This document shows, piece by piece, positions 48,515 through 57,771 of a stretch of 64,000 nt of DNA; position 1 is the first letter of the stretch; the number at the start of each line of letters is the position of its first letter. The stretch is from an uncultured Opitutaceae bacterium (GTDB lineage Bacteria > Verrucomicrobiota > Verrucomicrobiia > Opitutales > Opitutaceae). A model generated the notes under the pieces. It was not told where the DNA came from and ran no database searches. It saw only the letters and a program-made list of their open reading frames with translations. The stretch is taken from NCBI GenBank assembly GCA_964404745.1, contig CAYOLG010000006.1:4532-68531 (forward strand). The letters run 5' to 3'. A program made the translations under genes and the position numbers.

Positions 48515-49936
48515 TCATCTATCCGGCCATTTTTCGGCGATGAGTTGACGGAGGCCCTGACGAGTTTTCGCGTGGGCTTCCGAATCGCCCAAGTTAATCA
48601 TTTCTTTCGGATCCGATTGGTGATCGTACAATTCGATTCCCTGCTCTGCTTCATCTCCCCATTCCGTATACCTCCAACGATCGGTGCGGACACTGTAGCC
48701 AGGCGCTCCGAGGAATAGCGTCTGCGTATAGGCTGGGCGATTCCACTCGCTTTGGGGATTCTTCAAGAGCGGCATCAGGCTAATGCCACTCAACCCCTCT
48801 GGTATGCCAATGCCCGCCAGATCAGCCAGCGTCGGGTAAATATCGACGAATTCTACTAGGCGGTGGCAATCCGACTGGTTCGGCTCCATTCCCGGCGCGC
48901 GGAAAATGAGCGGGGCTCGGGCCGACTCTTCATAGAGACTGTTCTTTCGCCATAGCCCATGCTCTCCCAAGTGATAACCATGATCGCCCCATAGGACGAC
49001 AATCGTGTTGTCGCGCAAACTCAGTCGATCTATGGCGGCAAGGACTCTTCCCACTTGAGTATCGACAAATGATACGCAAGCCTCGTAAGCGAGAATGCAC
49101 TCCCCAGCCTGTTCTTCAGTCGTGTAGAAATTGGGCCAATCAGGAGTCGAACTTAGGGCTGCGGCCGGAACAGTCTCGCGATAATCTTCCGGCAGGCGGG
49201 GCAACCTCGTATCCTCCAAATCGTATAAATCAAAATAATTCTTTGGAGCGATGTAAGGAATATGCGGCCGGTAAAATCCCACGGCCAGAAAGAAGGGATC
49301 AGCCCCTCTCTCTTCCAATAGCCTGATCGATTCACTAGCCACTTTGCCGTCGGTTTGCTCGATGTCCTCCCCATCCGCTTTTAGGTATCCCATGGTATCA
49401 GCGATTCCCAATTGGGGCGTGTAGATAGTCAACAGATCCTCATCAGCACGATCCCGGCCAATTGGATTAACCACCTCGTCCCAAGAACCCGGATCGTCGG
49501 ATCCGCTGGTGCCGATATCGAGGGGAACCCTCTGGTGAAAGATCTTTCCGACACGAGCTACGTAGTATCCATTTGCCCGGAATAACTGCGGCAAGGTCAC
49601 CGCATCCGGCGCCAAGTCTCGAAAAGACATGCGATTGTGCAGCATCCCGGTTTCGCTGGGCCGCAATCCCGTTAGTACCGAGGTACGACTCGGCCCGCAC
49701 GACGGAAATTGGCAATAGGCTCGATCGAAGCGGACGCCCTCGCTGGCCAGACGATCAATGTTCGGAGAGCGCACGTGTTCGAAGCCGTAGCAACCCAACC
49801 GCGTGTTTAGATCGTCGATTGCGATGAAGAGGACATTGGGCCGGTTTTCGGCCAATACTCCAGTGGAAACTATCCAGAGAATTCCCAGGTTAAGGGCGAC
49901 GATTCTACCCCAACCATTCCAGCCATGTGCAAACAT
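48515..49936 (-). CDS. Sulfatase (iduronate-2-sulfatase/choline-sulfatase-like, Cys-type)
   Basis: PNVLFIAIDD, CGPSR, GKIFH, RPHIP, GDHGYHLGEHG; start placed downstream of the REPIN. Confidence 0.93.
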   Translation of the reverse strand: MFAHGWNGWGRIVALNLGILWIVSTGVLAENRPNVLFIAIDDLNTRLGCYGFEHVRSPNIDRLASEGVRFDRAYCQFPSCGPSRTSVLTGLRPSETGMLHNRMSFRDLAPDAVTLPQLFRANGYYVARVGKIFHQRVPLDIGTSGSDDPGSWDEVVNPIGRDRADEDLLTIYTPQLGIADTMGYLKADGEDIEQTDGKVASESIRLLEERGADPFFLAVGFYRPHIPYIAPKNYFDLYDLEDTRLPRLPEDYRETVPAAALSSTPDWPNFYTTEEQAGECILAYEACVSFVDTQVGRVLAAIDRLSLRDNTIVVLWGDHGYHLGEHGLWRKNSLYEESARAPLIFRAPGMEPNQSDCHRLVEFVDIYPTLADLAGIGIPEGLSGISLMPLLKNPQSEWNRPAYTQTLFLGAPGYSVRTDRWRYTEWGDEAEQGIELYDHQSDPKEMINLGDSEAHAKTRQGLRQLIAEKWPDR

Positions 49937-49997
49937 TCGAATAATGTGATGCTTTCCGTCTCTCTTGGCAACCTGCGATCCTCGTCGCGATATTAAA

Positions 49998-50062
49998 GGT
50001 AGGGAGGATCGTCTCGATCCTCCAAAATATGAACTTGGAGAACCGAGACGGTCCTCCCTACC
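49998..50062. repeat. REPIN family A (65 bp)
   Basis: Arms around the 13-nt spacer aaaatatgaactt; lies between divergent genes. Confidence 0.9.
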
Positions 50063-50120
50063 CAAAAGCCCATGGCAAATAGAATTGATCGCCACTTCGG
50101 GACGCATAGCTTGGTGGCCT

Positions 50121-51815
50121 ATGTTGAAGAGATTATTCCGCTCCGCATCCCTAATCATCACTGTATTCTCGCTGGCCCATACCAGCTTTTCCCAATTCAT
50201 CGTTTCCCGAGATAACGGCAGCATCCAACTGCCCGAAGGTTTCCAGGCCCTGGTCGTTGCCGACAATGTCGGGGAAGCGCGGCAAATCGCCGTTCGGGAA
50301 AATGGCGACATTTACGCTGCCTTGATGAACCCCATAGATCTCGGTTACGTGGTCGCTATGCGGGACACTAATGGCGACGGGGTAATGGATGTCGTCAAAT
50401 ACTTTGGCGAACTCGACAGCCAATGCAAATCGCTCCGCCTATACAAGGACTACCTCTACGTCGGATCGACAACTCAAATTGTCCGCTTTCCGCTCGACAA
50501 GCGCCAACTACTCCCCACCGGACCCTTCGAAACAGTTGTATCGGGATTTCCAACACCTAAAAACCATCGCAGCAAGAATATCACTTTCGATGACTCCGGC
50601 AACCTCTATGTGAGCGCCGGTTCGCCCGGGGACAGCTGCCAGGAAGTCGATCGCACCAAAGGTTCGCCCGGCAAGGACCCTTGCGACGAGCTCGAACGCT
50701 ATGCCGGTGTTTGGATGTTCGACGCGGATACGCTCGGGCAAAAGCAAATGGAAGATGGCTTCCACTACGCAACCGGTATTCGCAACAACGTGGCCTTCCA
50801 ATGGGACCCCATTAAGAAGGCGTTGTACGGCGTGCAGAATGGACGAGACAATCTCATGCAAAACTGGGGCGAACTCTACAACGAACGCGAAAGCGCCGAA
50901 CTCCCATCAGAGGAGTTTCAGCTCATTAAGCCTGGCTCCAATTTCGGCTGGCCCTACACCTACTACGATCACGAGCAAGGTTCCCGCATCATCAATCCCG
51001 AATACGGTGGCGATAAAAAGAAGCGTCCAGAATCCGGCTTGTACGACGATCCCATCCTGACCTTCCCCGGCCACTGGGCTCCCGTTGGGCTGCAATTTTA
51101 TAACGCTACCCAGTTTCCGGAAAAGTACCGCGGCGGGGCCTTTGTCGCTTTTCACGGATCTTGGAACCGCGCTCCCCTGCCCCAGCAGGGCTACAATGTT
51201 GTTTTCGTTCCTTTCGATGGTCGGGCGCCTTCGGGTGGCTACGAATCGTTCGCCGAGGGATTCAAAGGCGCGGAAGCGCTCCTCACTCCCAACTCCGCGA
51301 CTTACCGGCCAACCGGCTTAGCAGTCGGACCGGACGGATCTCTCTATGTGGCTGAAGACCAAGTCGGGCGGATTTGGAAAATCATGTACACGGGTGGACG
51401 CGGCGTATTCTCCAACACGATCAAGCGAACGGAACCGTCAGAATCTGGAGCCAGCCCAGTAACGAGCGCCCAGCAGTGGGACATCGATCCCCAAGGCCAA
51501 GCTTTGTATAATCAATACTGCCTGGCTTGTCACCAAATCGATGGCAGCGGCGTGCCTAATATGCAGCCCTCTCTTATCGGGTCCGAACGCCTGGCCAGCC
51601 ACGACAAGGACTTTCTCATACGACTGCTCCTGCAAGGCAGCGAGTGGATCGAAGATCGCCAATACAACAACCTCATGGCCAGCTTCGCCTTTCTGAGCGA
51701 CAAAGAGATCGCCCAGGCCTTGAACTACACGAGAGCCCGTTTCGCCAACTCAGAGCCAACGATCACTGCCGAGGAGGTTGGCCGCCTAAGATCTCGGTAC
51801 ATTAGATCGAATTGA
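50121..51815 (+). CDS. Glucose/sorbosone (PQQ-type) dehydrogenase beta-propeller fused to cytochrome c
   Basis: Signal peptide MLKRLF; GIRN, NFGWP, HWAPVG, RPTGLAVGPDG; CLACH. Confidence 0.88.
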   Translation: MLKRLFRSASLIITVFSLAHTSFSQFIVSRDNGSIQLPEGFQALVVADNVGEARQIAVRENGDIYAALMNPIDLGYVVAMRDTNGDGVMDVVKYFGELDSQCKSLRLYKDYLYVGSTTQIVRFPLDKRQLLPTGPFETVVSGFPTPKNHRSKNITFDDSGNLYVSAGSPGDSCQEVDRTKGSPGKDPCDELERYAGVWMFDADTLGQKQMEDGFHYATGIRNNVAFQWDPIKKALYGVQNGRDNLMQNWGELYNERESAELPSEEFQLIKPGSNFGWPYTYYDHEQGSRIINPEYGGDKKKRPESGLYDDPILTFPGHWAPVGLQFYNATQFPEKYRGGAFVAFHGSWNRAPLPQQGYNVVFVPFDGRAPSGGYESFAEGFKGAEALLTPNSATYRPTGLAVGPDGSLYVAEDQVGRIWKIMYTGGRGVFSNTIKRTEPSESGASPVTSAQQWDIDPQGQALYNQYCLACHQIDGSGVPNMQPSLIGSERLASHDKDFLIRLLLQGSEWIEDRQYNNLMASFAFLSDKEIAQALNYTRARFANSEPTITAEEVGRLRSRYIRSN

Positions 51816-51904
51816 GTATCTCAAAGCTAGCGAGGCATCTTAGTTCTCCATCCCGCCAGAGCCAGGGCGCATAGGCGTCAACTTAACTAACATTCAAATA
51901 GATT

Positions 51905-51977
51905 AAACGCGCCGGGACGTCGCGTTCCACCCACAAAACCGTCGCAAAAAGGTGGAGCTCGACCTCCGGGCGGGCTT
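51905..51977. repeat. REPIN family B
   Basis: ...gcgttccacc, 19-nt spacer, then ggtggagctcgacctccgggcgggctt. Confidence 0.85.
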
Positions 51978-52294
51978 AAATTGTCGACAATCCGCGCTGG
52001 CGGGAGCGCGGAAAGATAGCCCTCCTGCTACCCAATTCCCGCCAAATCCGCATGGGCCCCGATGACCCAAAATTATCCGATAACCCCGAAATATCGATTT
52101 TTGGGCATCATGTGTAAAATACCCGCGCATATAAGCTGGACATAAACCATTCCCGTGATTGCCTCTGTGACTTAACGATTAACCGTTTTTCTGCTCCCAC
52201 TTCCCCGTCACGGCCCAAATGGCTTTCTTGCGTTTGAAGCCAAGACCTAGCAGGAAAACACACAATTAACCCTTATGAGAGGTTCTTCCTAAAT

Positions 52295-53857
52295 ATGAGC
52301 GAAATACATCGATCAAGACTACTATGGGCTGGCTTCATGGCGATTCTCGCCGCTGGAGTTGGTTTCGCCGTTCGTGGCGGCATATTCGATAATTGGGCCG
52401 GCGAGTACGGTTTCACCGGCGCACAACTCGGCGCTATTGGTGGAGCGGGCTTTTCCGGATTCTGTTTCGGCATCATCATCGGCGGCGTCATTGTCGACAA
52501 GATCGGTTACGGAAAACTCGTCCTCCTGGCTCTCGTTTGCCACGTGCTTTCCGCCTTCGTCACTTTCGCCCCCAGCGCTGATGCCGCGACGGGCACCGCC
52601 TATAACTATTTATTCTGGGGCATGTTCATTTTCGCCTATGCGAACGGGACGCTCGAAGCGGTAGCCAATCCTCTGGTCTCGACGCTTTATCCGGAAAATC
52701 GGACGCACTATCTGAACATTCTGCACGCATCGTGGCCTGCCGGAATGATCGTTGGCGCGGTTGTTGGATGGGTGCTGGATGACCAAATCGGAATCCACTG
52801 GAAGTGGCAGTTGGCCATCTATCTCGTCCCAACCGTAGCCTATGGACTCATGTTCATGGGACAAAAATATCCGAAATCGGAAGCCCACGAGAAAGGTCTC
52901 GGGCTGGGTGACATGATGAAGGACGTCGGTATCCTCGGCGGGTTGGTAATTTGCTACCTTCTCTCTCTCTTCATGAGCGCATCGCTCGGGTTCTCCCAAA
53001 CGCTTAGCTACGTCGTCGCCTTTGTTTTGCTTTTGGCTATCGGCTTTATCACCAAGTTCTCGATGGGAGCGGTCCTGCTGTTCATACTTTTCGTAGCCCA
53101 TGCTCTTGTCGGAGCCGTTGAGTTGGGTACCGATGGCTGGGTCCAAAATATTACCGGAAATATTCTTTCTTCATCAGAAGGTAAGATCCTCTTTGTATGG
53201 ACATCGACTATCATGTTCCTCCTGCGTTTCTGCGCTGAATTCATCGAGAAACGCTTGGGATTGTCTCCGGTGGGACTTCTGCTGGTTTGCTCCATCCTCG
53301 CTTTAGTAGGTCTGCAGCTGGCCGCAGGAATGACCGGTTTCATCGGAGCCATGATCGCTCTGGGCATCTACGCCGTCGGTAAAACGTTCTTCTGGCCGAC
53401 CATGCTTGCGGTCGCCGGTGACCGTTATCCTCAAACAGGAGCCGTTGCCATGAGCATCATGGGAGGCATCGGCATGCTTTCCGCAGGACTACTCGGTTCG
53501 CCGGGTCTCGGATTCGCCAAGGACCACTATGCAGGTCAGGCGCTTCAGGATAAGAATCCAGCTATTTACGAGGTGGTAAAAGCGGATGCTCCCAGTTCCT
53601 TCCTTTTCTTGAGCGCAACCGGATTGGATGGCACCAAATTGAGCGAGGCCCAAGGACGCGTTGGCGATGGCAATCCTCGACCGGGGGACCAGGATATAGC
53701 CGAAGCTAGTATCACGGGTGACCGTAAAACGCTAAAAGCGGACTCCTTTATTCCCATGACCATGGCTCTCATTTATCTCGGCATCCTGCTCTACTTCAAA
53801 TCGATCGGTGGATACAAACCGGTATCGATCGAAACTGGAGAATCCAAAGACGAATAG
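52295..53857 (+). CDS. MFS transporter (sugar-type)
   Basis: About 12 TM helices; DKIGYG loop, [12 protein letters not shown] and FFWPTML motifs. Confidence 0.88.
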   Translation: MSEIHRSRLLWAGFMAILAAGVGFAVRGGIFDNWAGEYGFTGAQLGAIGGAGFSGFCFGIIIGGVIVDKIGYGKLVLLALVCHVLSAFVTFAPSADAATGTAYNYLFWGMFIFAYANGTLEAVANPLVSTLYPENRTHYLNILHASWPAGMIVGAVVGWVLDDQIGIHWKWQLAIYLVPTVAYGLMFMGQKYPKSEAHEKGLGLGDMMKDVGILGGLVICYLLSLFMSASLGFSQTLSYVVAFVLLLAIGFITKFSMGAVLLFILFVAHALVGAVELGTDGWVQNITGNILSSSEGKILFVWTSTIMFLLRFCAEFIEKRLGLSPVGLLLVCSILALVGLQLAAGMTGFIGAMIALGIYAVGKTFFWPTMLAVAGDRYPQTGAVAMSIMGGIGMLSAGLLGSPGLGFAKDHYAGQALQDKNPAIYEVVKADAPSSFLFLSATGLDGTKLSEAQGRVGDGNPRPGDQDIAEASITGDRKTLKADSFIPMTMALIYLGILLYFKSIGGYKPVSIETGESKDE

Positions 53858-53881
53858 AGCTCTCCAGAGATTCACTTTTTC

Positions 53882-53913
53882 AAGGCGCTATCAATCGATA
53901 GCGCCTTTTTTTT
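53882..53913 (+). terminator. Rho-independent terminator after the MFS gene
   Basis: GGCGCTATC-AATC-GATAGCGCC followed by T8. Confidence 0.85.
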
Positions 53914-53937
53914 GTCTAGCGGTATTGCCGATCATAA

Positions 53938-53998
53938 AAACCGCCCGGAGATCAGGTTCCACCCTCGAAGACGATTCATAAAGGTGGGGCTCGACCCC
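53938..53998. repeat. REPIN family B with truncated right arm
   Basis: ccgcccggagatcaggttccacc, 19-nt spacer, then ggtggggctcgacc. Confidence 0.75.
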
Positions 53999-54075
53999 AA
54001 TGCACATCCTCGGGATCCAGTAGCGAGATCGCCCGCTACCTTTTCGACGCCGAAACCTTCTTTGAATGTCCGCCT

Positions 54076-55779
54076 CTACAAATCCGTTCGCTCGACAATG
54101 ACATCGAAGTCCTTGGGTAGCGGATTTCCCGAGGCGTCTTCGAGCCAGACATCGAACATGCCTTTTCCGGGATCGAGCTCAATCTCAATAAAACGGATAC
54201 TGGCGATACTCTGACGACGCTCTACTCGACCTTTCCAGCTAACGACGAGGGTTCTTCCTTCGGGCTTGAGTTCACGCGAGTCGCGGATCGTGACCCGGTA
54301 GAAGCCAGGTTCTTCGACGAAAACGGGCCAGCCAACCGGCTCCAGATCAGTCCCATACTGGCGATGACCATCCTGATAGCGGCAAAGCAGAACGGGGTTC
54401 TCGTTTCGCGACCCTAATTGGATCATTCCCGGTTCGAAGCCGCGGGTAGCCTCCATTGCTCTGAACCAACTCTCATAAGCCTTCCGAAATCGTCCCAACA
54501 CCTCTGGGTTGGACCCGGAGATGTCCTCCGATTCATCCTCGTCAGCAATCAAATCGTACAGGGCGATATCCAGATTTGCATAATCGGGCTGAAAGTTGGC
54601 ATCATTGGCAGTATTCGGATAGGCAATCAGCTTATATCGCTGGGAGATTACGGTGGCGTTTTGGTAAGGAGCTTGAGCGATGGACTTGATGTGCTGAGTA
54701 ACTAGAATCCGGTCTGGCCAATTATTGGCAGCCGAGCGCTCCGACCAAAGCGGCCACAGGCTTTTTCCATCAATCTTCAGCCCGTTAGGAGGAGTAACAC
54801 CGGCCACTTCCAATAATGTGGGCAAGACATCGATATGGGCCGCGATTCGATCGACCGATCGTCCAGACTCAATTCGACTGGGCCATCTCACGTAGAACGG
54901 CACGCGAATGCCACCTTCATAAACGCTTCCCTTAGCGCCTCTCAATCCAGCGTTGTACCGCCCTCTCGTAGGTCCGTTGTCGGTCATAAAAATGACCAAA
55001 GTATTTTCGGAGAGTCCCTCGTCTCCTAGGGTCCCCAGAAGGGATCCAAAATTGTCATCCAGATTTTTCAGCATGCCGTAGATGGCTGCCGTCTTGGGAT
55101 CCAATCCCCTATCTAGAAATGGCTGGCTGTAGGTTTGAGCGACATCCAACGGCGTGTGGGGAACGTTGGGGGCAATATAGATGAAGAAAGGACTCTCGGA
55201 AGGAGTTTTAACAAATCGAATAGCGGCGTCGAAGAAGAGGTCTGTGCAATAGCCGTTGGCTTTAACCTGTTCGCCATTGCCCCAAAGAATCGGATTGAAA
55301 TAGTTGGCGTCGGTATCTGGAGTTTGTCCAATTCCTCCCGATTTATGAATCAGCGTTTCCTCAAACCCTTGGTCCTGCGGGCGCATGGGATAATTTTCCC
55401 CTAGGTGCCACTTGCCAAATAGGCCCGTCCGATAACCGGCATCCCTGAGCAGCTCGGCAATTGTGACCTCGTCCCCATGCATTTTCGCAGCTCCTCGAGA
55501 TGTATGAAGAATTCCAGTACGCAGATAATAGCGCCCTGTCATTAGGCTAGCTCGAGTGGGCGCGCACAATGGATTGACATAGAATCGCTCCATTCCCAGC
55601 GATTCCTCAGCAAAACTATCCAGATTCGGCGTGTCAATCTGCTCATTTCCATGGACGCCCAGATCGCCGTAGCCCTGGTCATCGGTCATGACCAATATGA
55701 TGTTGGGCTGGTTGGCGATAGCCGCAACCGCTATGCTAGCAGCGAGGGCAAACAAAAACAGTATCCGCGAAATACGCAT
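54076..55779 (-). CDS. Arylsulfatase-like sulfatase (S1, Cys-type)
   Basis: Signal peptide MRISRI; TDDQGYGD, CAPTR, GKWHLG, TDNG. Confidence 0.93.
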   Translation of the reverse strand: MRISRILFLFALAASIAVAAIANQPNIILVMTDDQGYGDLGVHGNEQIDTPNLDSFAEESLGMERFYVNPLCAPTRASLMTGRYYLRTGILHTSRGAAKMHGDEVTIAELLRDAGYRTGLFGKWHLGENYPMRPQDQGFEETLIHKSGGIGQTPDTDANYFNPILWGNGEQVKANGYCTDLFFDAAIRFVKTPSESPFFIYIAPNVPHTPLDVAQTYSQPFLDRGLDPKTAAIYGMLKNLDDNFGSLLGTLGDEGLSENTLVIFMTDNGPTRGRYNAGLRGAKGSVYEGGIRVPFYVRWPSRIESGRSVDRIAAHIDVLPTLLEVAGVTPPNGLKIDGKSLWPLWSERSAANNWPDRILVTQHIKSIAQAPYQNATVISQRYKLIAYPNTANDANFQPDYANLDIALYDLIADEDESEDISGSNPEVLGRFRKAYESWFRAMEATRGFEPGMIQLGSRNENPVLLCRYQDGHRQYGTDLEPVGWPVFVEEPGFYRVTIRDSRELKPEGRTLVVSWKGRVERRQSIASIRFIEIELDPGKGMFDVWLEDASGNPLPKDFDVIVERTDL

Positions 55780-55881
55780 GCTTCCATGTTCCTTTCTACC
55801 TGCTCCGATGCAAAGCATTTCAATCAAATTCAGCCGTTGCTATCGCCTGCAAACTCGCAACTTACTTGTGGTGTCACCAAC

Positions 55882-56958
55882 ATGATCGTCACCTTCTTCA
55901 TCGCCGTCCAATTATCTATCGGCTACTACCTGTACACCACAGTGGTCGATGGCATCGGTCGGCATTCCTGGCTCTTGGCTAGCAGCATATTCCTATGCGT
56001 CGCTTGCCTTGTCGCCGCTTTACTCATGGAACGGACGCGCTGGTTTGCCCATTCCCTGGTAGCCTCGAAAATCGGCTATGGATGGATGGGGGTCAGCTTC
56101 ATTTTCTTTTCTGTCGCTCTAATGCTGGACGCTACGCAATGGTTCCTTCCTGCCCTGAACGATAAAGCAGCCCTCTACTTTCTCCTGGGGCTAGGCCTTA
56201 CGATTTCAATTTACGGACATGTTTCCGCTCGGCGGATTAATATACGAAAGGTCCAGCTTAGTTCTCCAAAAATCTCGAACACCATTCGCATAGCCCAAAT
56301 TTCCGATTTGCATTTGGGAGATTCCAGCTCGCTAGAAAATGTCCGTCGTATCGTAACGGCCATCAATGATCTCGATGCCGATCTCATCGTCTCCACCGGC
56401 GATCTCTTCGACGGCTATTTGCCGCTCATACAACCCTATGTGAAACAGTTGAGAGAGATCCACAATACGGCTCTGGGCAAGTTCGCGGTTTGCGGGAATC
56501 ACGAGTACTACGCCGATCTCGATGCCTGTCTCGAACTTACCCGGGAAGCGGGATTCCAGGTGTTGCGCAACGAATCGGTTAGCTTGAAGGACGAAGTGAC
56601 GCTCATTGGAATGGACGACCCTACCGCTCGCGTGAGCAGGCTAAGGGAGGCAGTCGACCAGATTACTTTCGAGAACGTCGATTCTTCCCAATTTCGGATC
56701 TTTCTGTATCACCGTCCCAGTATACGTTCCGAGCGTTTTGAGAAATTCGACCTGCAACTGTCTGGGCATACCCATGGAGGCCAGATCTTCCCGTTTCATT
56801 TTCTCAATAAGCTATTCTATCGGGCCAAGCCCGGCCTGACGCAACTGGATAGGGATACCCATCTATACTTGAGTCGGGGCACGGGTTCCTGGGGCCCGCA
56901 ATTTCGGGTTTTCGCTCCGCCTGAAATCACCCACATTACCATTACCCCAGAAAAATGA
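55882..56958 (+). CDS. Membrane-anchored metallophosphoesterase (YkuE/YaeI-like)
   Basis: N-terminal TM helices; DLH, GDLFD, GNHE and GHTHGGQ calcineurin-like motifs. Confidence 0.9.
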   Translation: MIVTFFIAVQLSIGYYLYTTVVDGIGRHSWLLASSIFLCVACLVAALLMERTRWFAHSLVASKIGYGWMGVSFIFFSVALMLDATQWFLPALNDKAALYFLLGLGLTISIYGHVSARRINIRKVQLSSPKISNTIRIAQISDLHLGDSSSLENVRRIVTAINDLDADLIVSTGDLFDGYLPLIQPYVKQLREIHNTALGKFAVCGNHEYYADLDACLELTREAGFQVLRNESVSLKDEVTLIGMDDPTARVSRLREAVDQITFENVDSSQFRIFLYHRPSIRSERFEKFDLQLSGHTHGGQIFPFHFLNKLFYRAKPGLTQLDRDTHLYLSRGTGSWGPQFRVFAPPEITHITITPEK

Positions 56959-57626
56959 AAATCTCCTTCTCAAAAGCGAAATACTCGCGATGGCTCGCGT
57001 CGGCGATACCTGCATCCATCTTTTTGATATCGGGTTGCTCAAAGGAAGCGGCTTTGACTGAAGAAGAATTCGCCAAAGCGGAGACTGTCTTCAACGACTC
57101 CTGCCTCATTTGCCATAGCTCTCAGGAAATGCAGCGAGGACCCATCGTCGATGGGCTTCCTGCCTGGTATAGCCAAGCCCAACTCAAGAAATTCAGAGAT
57201 GGCATACGGGGCCAGAATCCCGAAAATCGCTCCGAGCTGCTAATGGGATCCACTCGGGATCTTTTCGATGACGATGAATCCATCCGCCTCCTCAGCCAAT
57301 ACATCTCCCAGCTGACGCCCAAACCGCACATTAAAGTCGTGCGAGGAAACGCGGAGCGAGGGCACCTTATCTATGGCACCTGCCTCCTTTGTCACGGAGC
57401 CTACGGACAAGGCAATGAACGCCTGCGTTCGCCACCGCTGAACATGCTAGAAGATTGGTACCTGCTAGATCAGCTCCGGAAATTCGCTTCCGGAAAGCGA
57501 GGCTACCATCCCGAGGATCCCTATGGCATCCAAATGGCGTATTCGCTCAAAGGATTCAGCGACCAGGATTTGAAGGACGTTGTTGCCTACATTCAGGGAT
57601 TCTCCAAACCGCCGGAAAGCGAGTAG
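56955..57626 (+). CDS. Diheme cytochrome c4-like lipoprotein
   Basis: Lipobox ISGC; CLICH and CLLCH; YxxxQLxKF in both domains; distal Met ligands. Confidence 0.85.
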   Translation: MKISFSKAKYSRWLASAIPASIFLISGCSKEAALTEEEFAKAETVFNDSCLICHSSQEMQRGPIVDGLPAWYSQAQLKKFRDGIRGQNPENRSELLMGSTRDLFDDDESIRLLSQYISQLTPKPHIKVVRGNAERGHLIYGTCLLCHGAYGQGNERLRSPPLNMLEDWYLLDQLRKFASGKRGYHPEDPYGIQMAYSLKGFSDQDLKDVVAYIQGFSKPPESE

Positions 57627-57627
57627 A

Positions 57628-57692
57628 GGTAGGGAGGACCGTCTCGGTCCTCCAAAACTAGAAAATGGAGGACCGAGACGGTCCTCCCTACC
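57628..57692. repeat. REPIN family A (65 bp, perfect inverted arms)
   Basis: ggtagggaggaccgtctcggtcctcc + aaaactagaaaat + ggaggaccgagacggtcctccctacc. Confidence 0.92.
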
Positions 57693-57771
57693 CAATGCAG
57701 TGGTGTTCACCGCTAATGGGCGACAAATTCTTGCAATGCCGATATCATCAACAAGCCCTTCCCGTCTGTCT

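Noticed and set aside
49965-50311. Long N-terminal extensions of ORFs 48515..50311 and 49965..51815
   Set aside because: They read through the intergenic REPIN and overlap each other; downstream ATGs give better starts.
21609-57692. CRISPR array suggested by repeat-spacer-repeat units
   Set aside because: The repeats are inverted doublets scattered kilobases apart rather than tandem direct repeats, and no cas genes are present.
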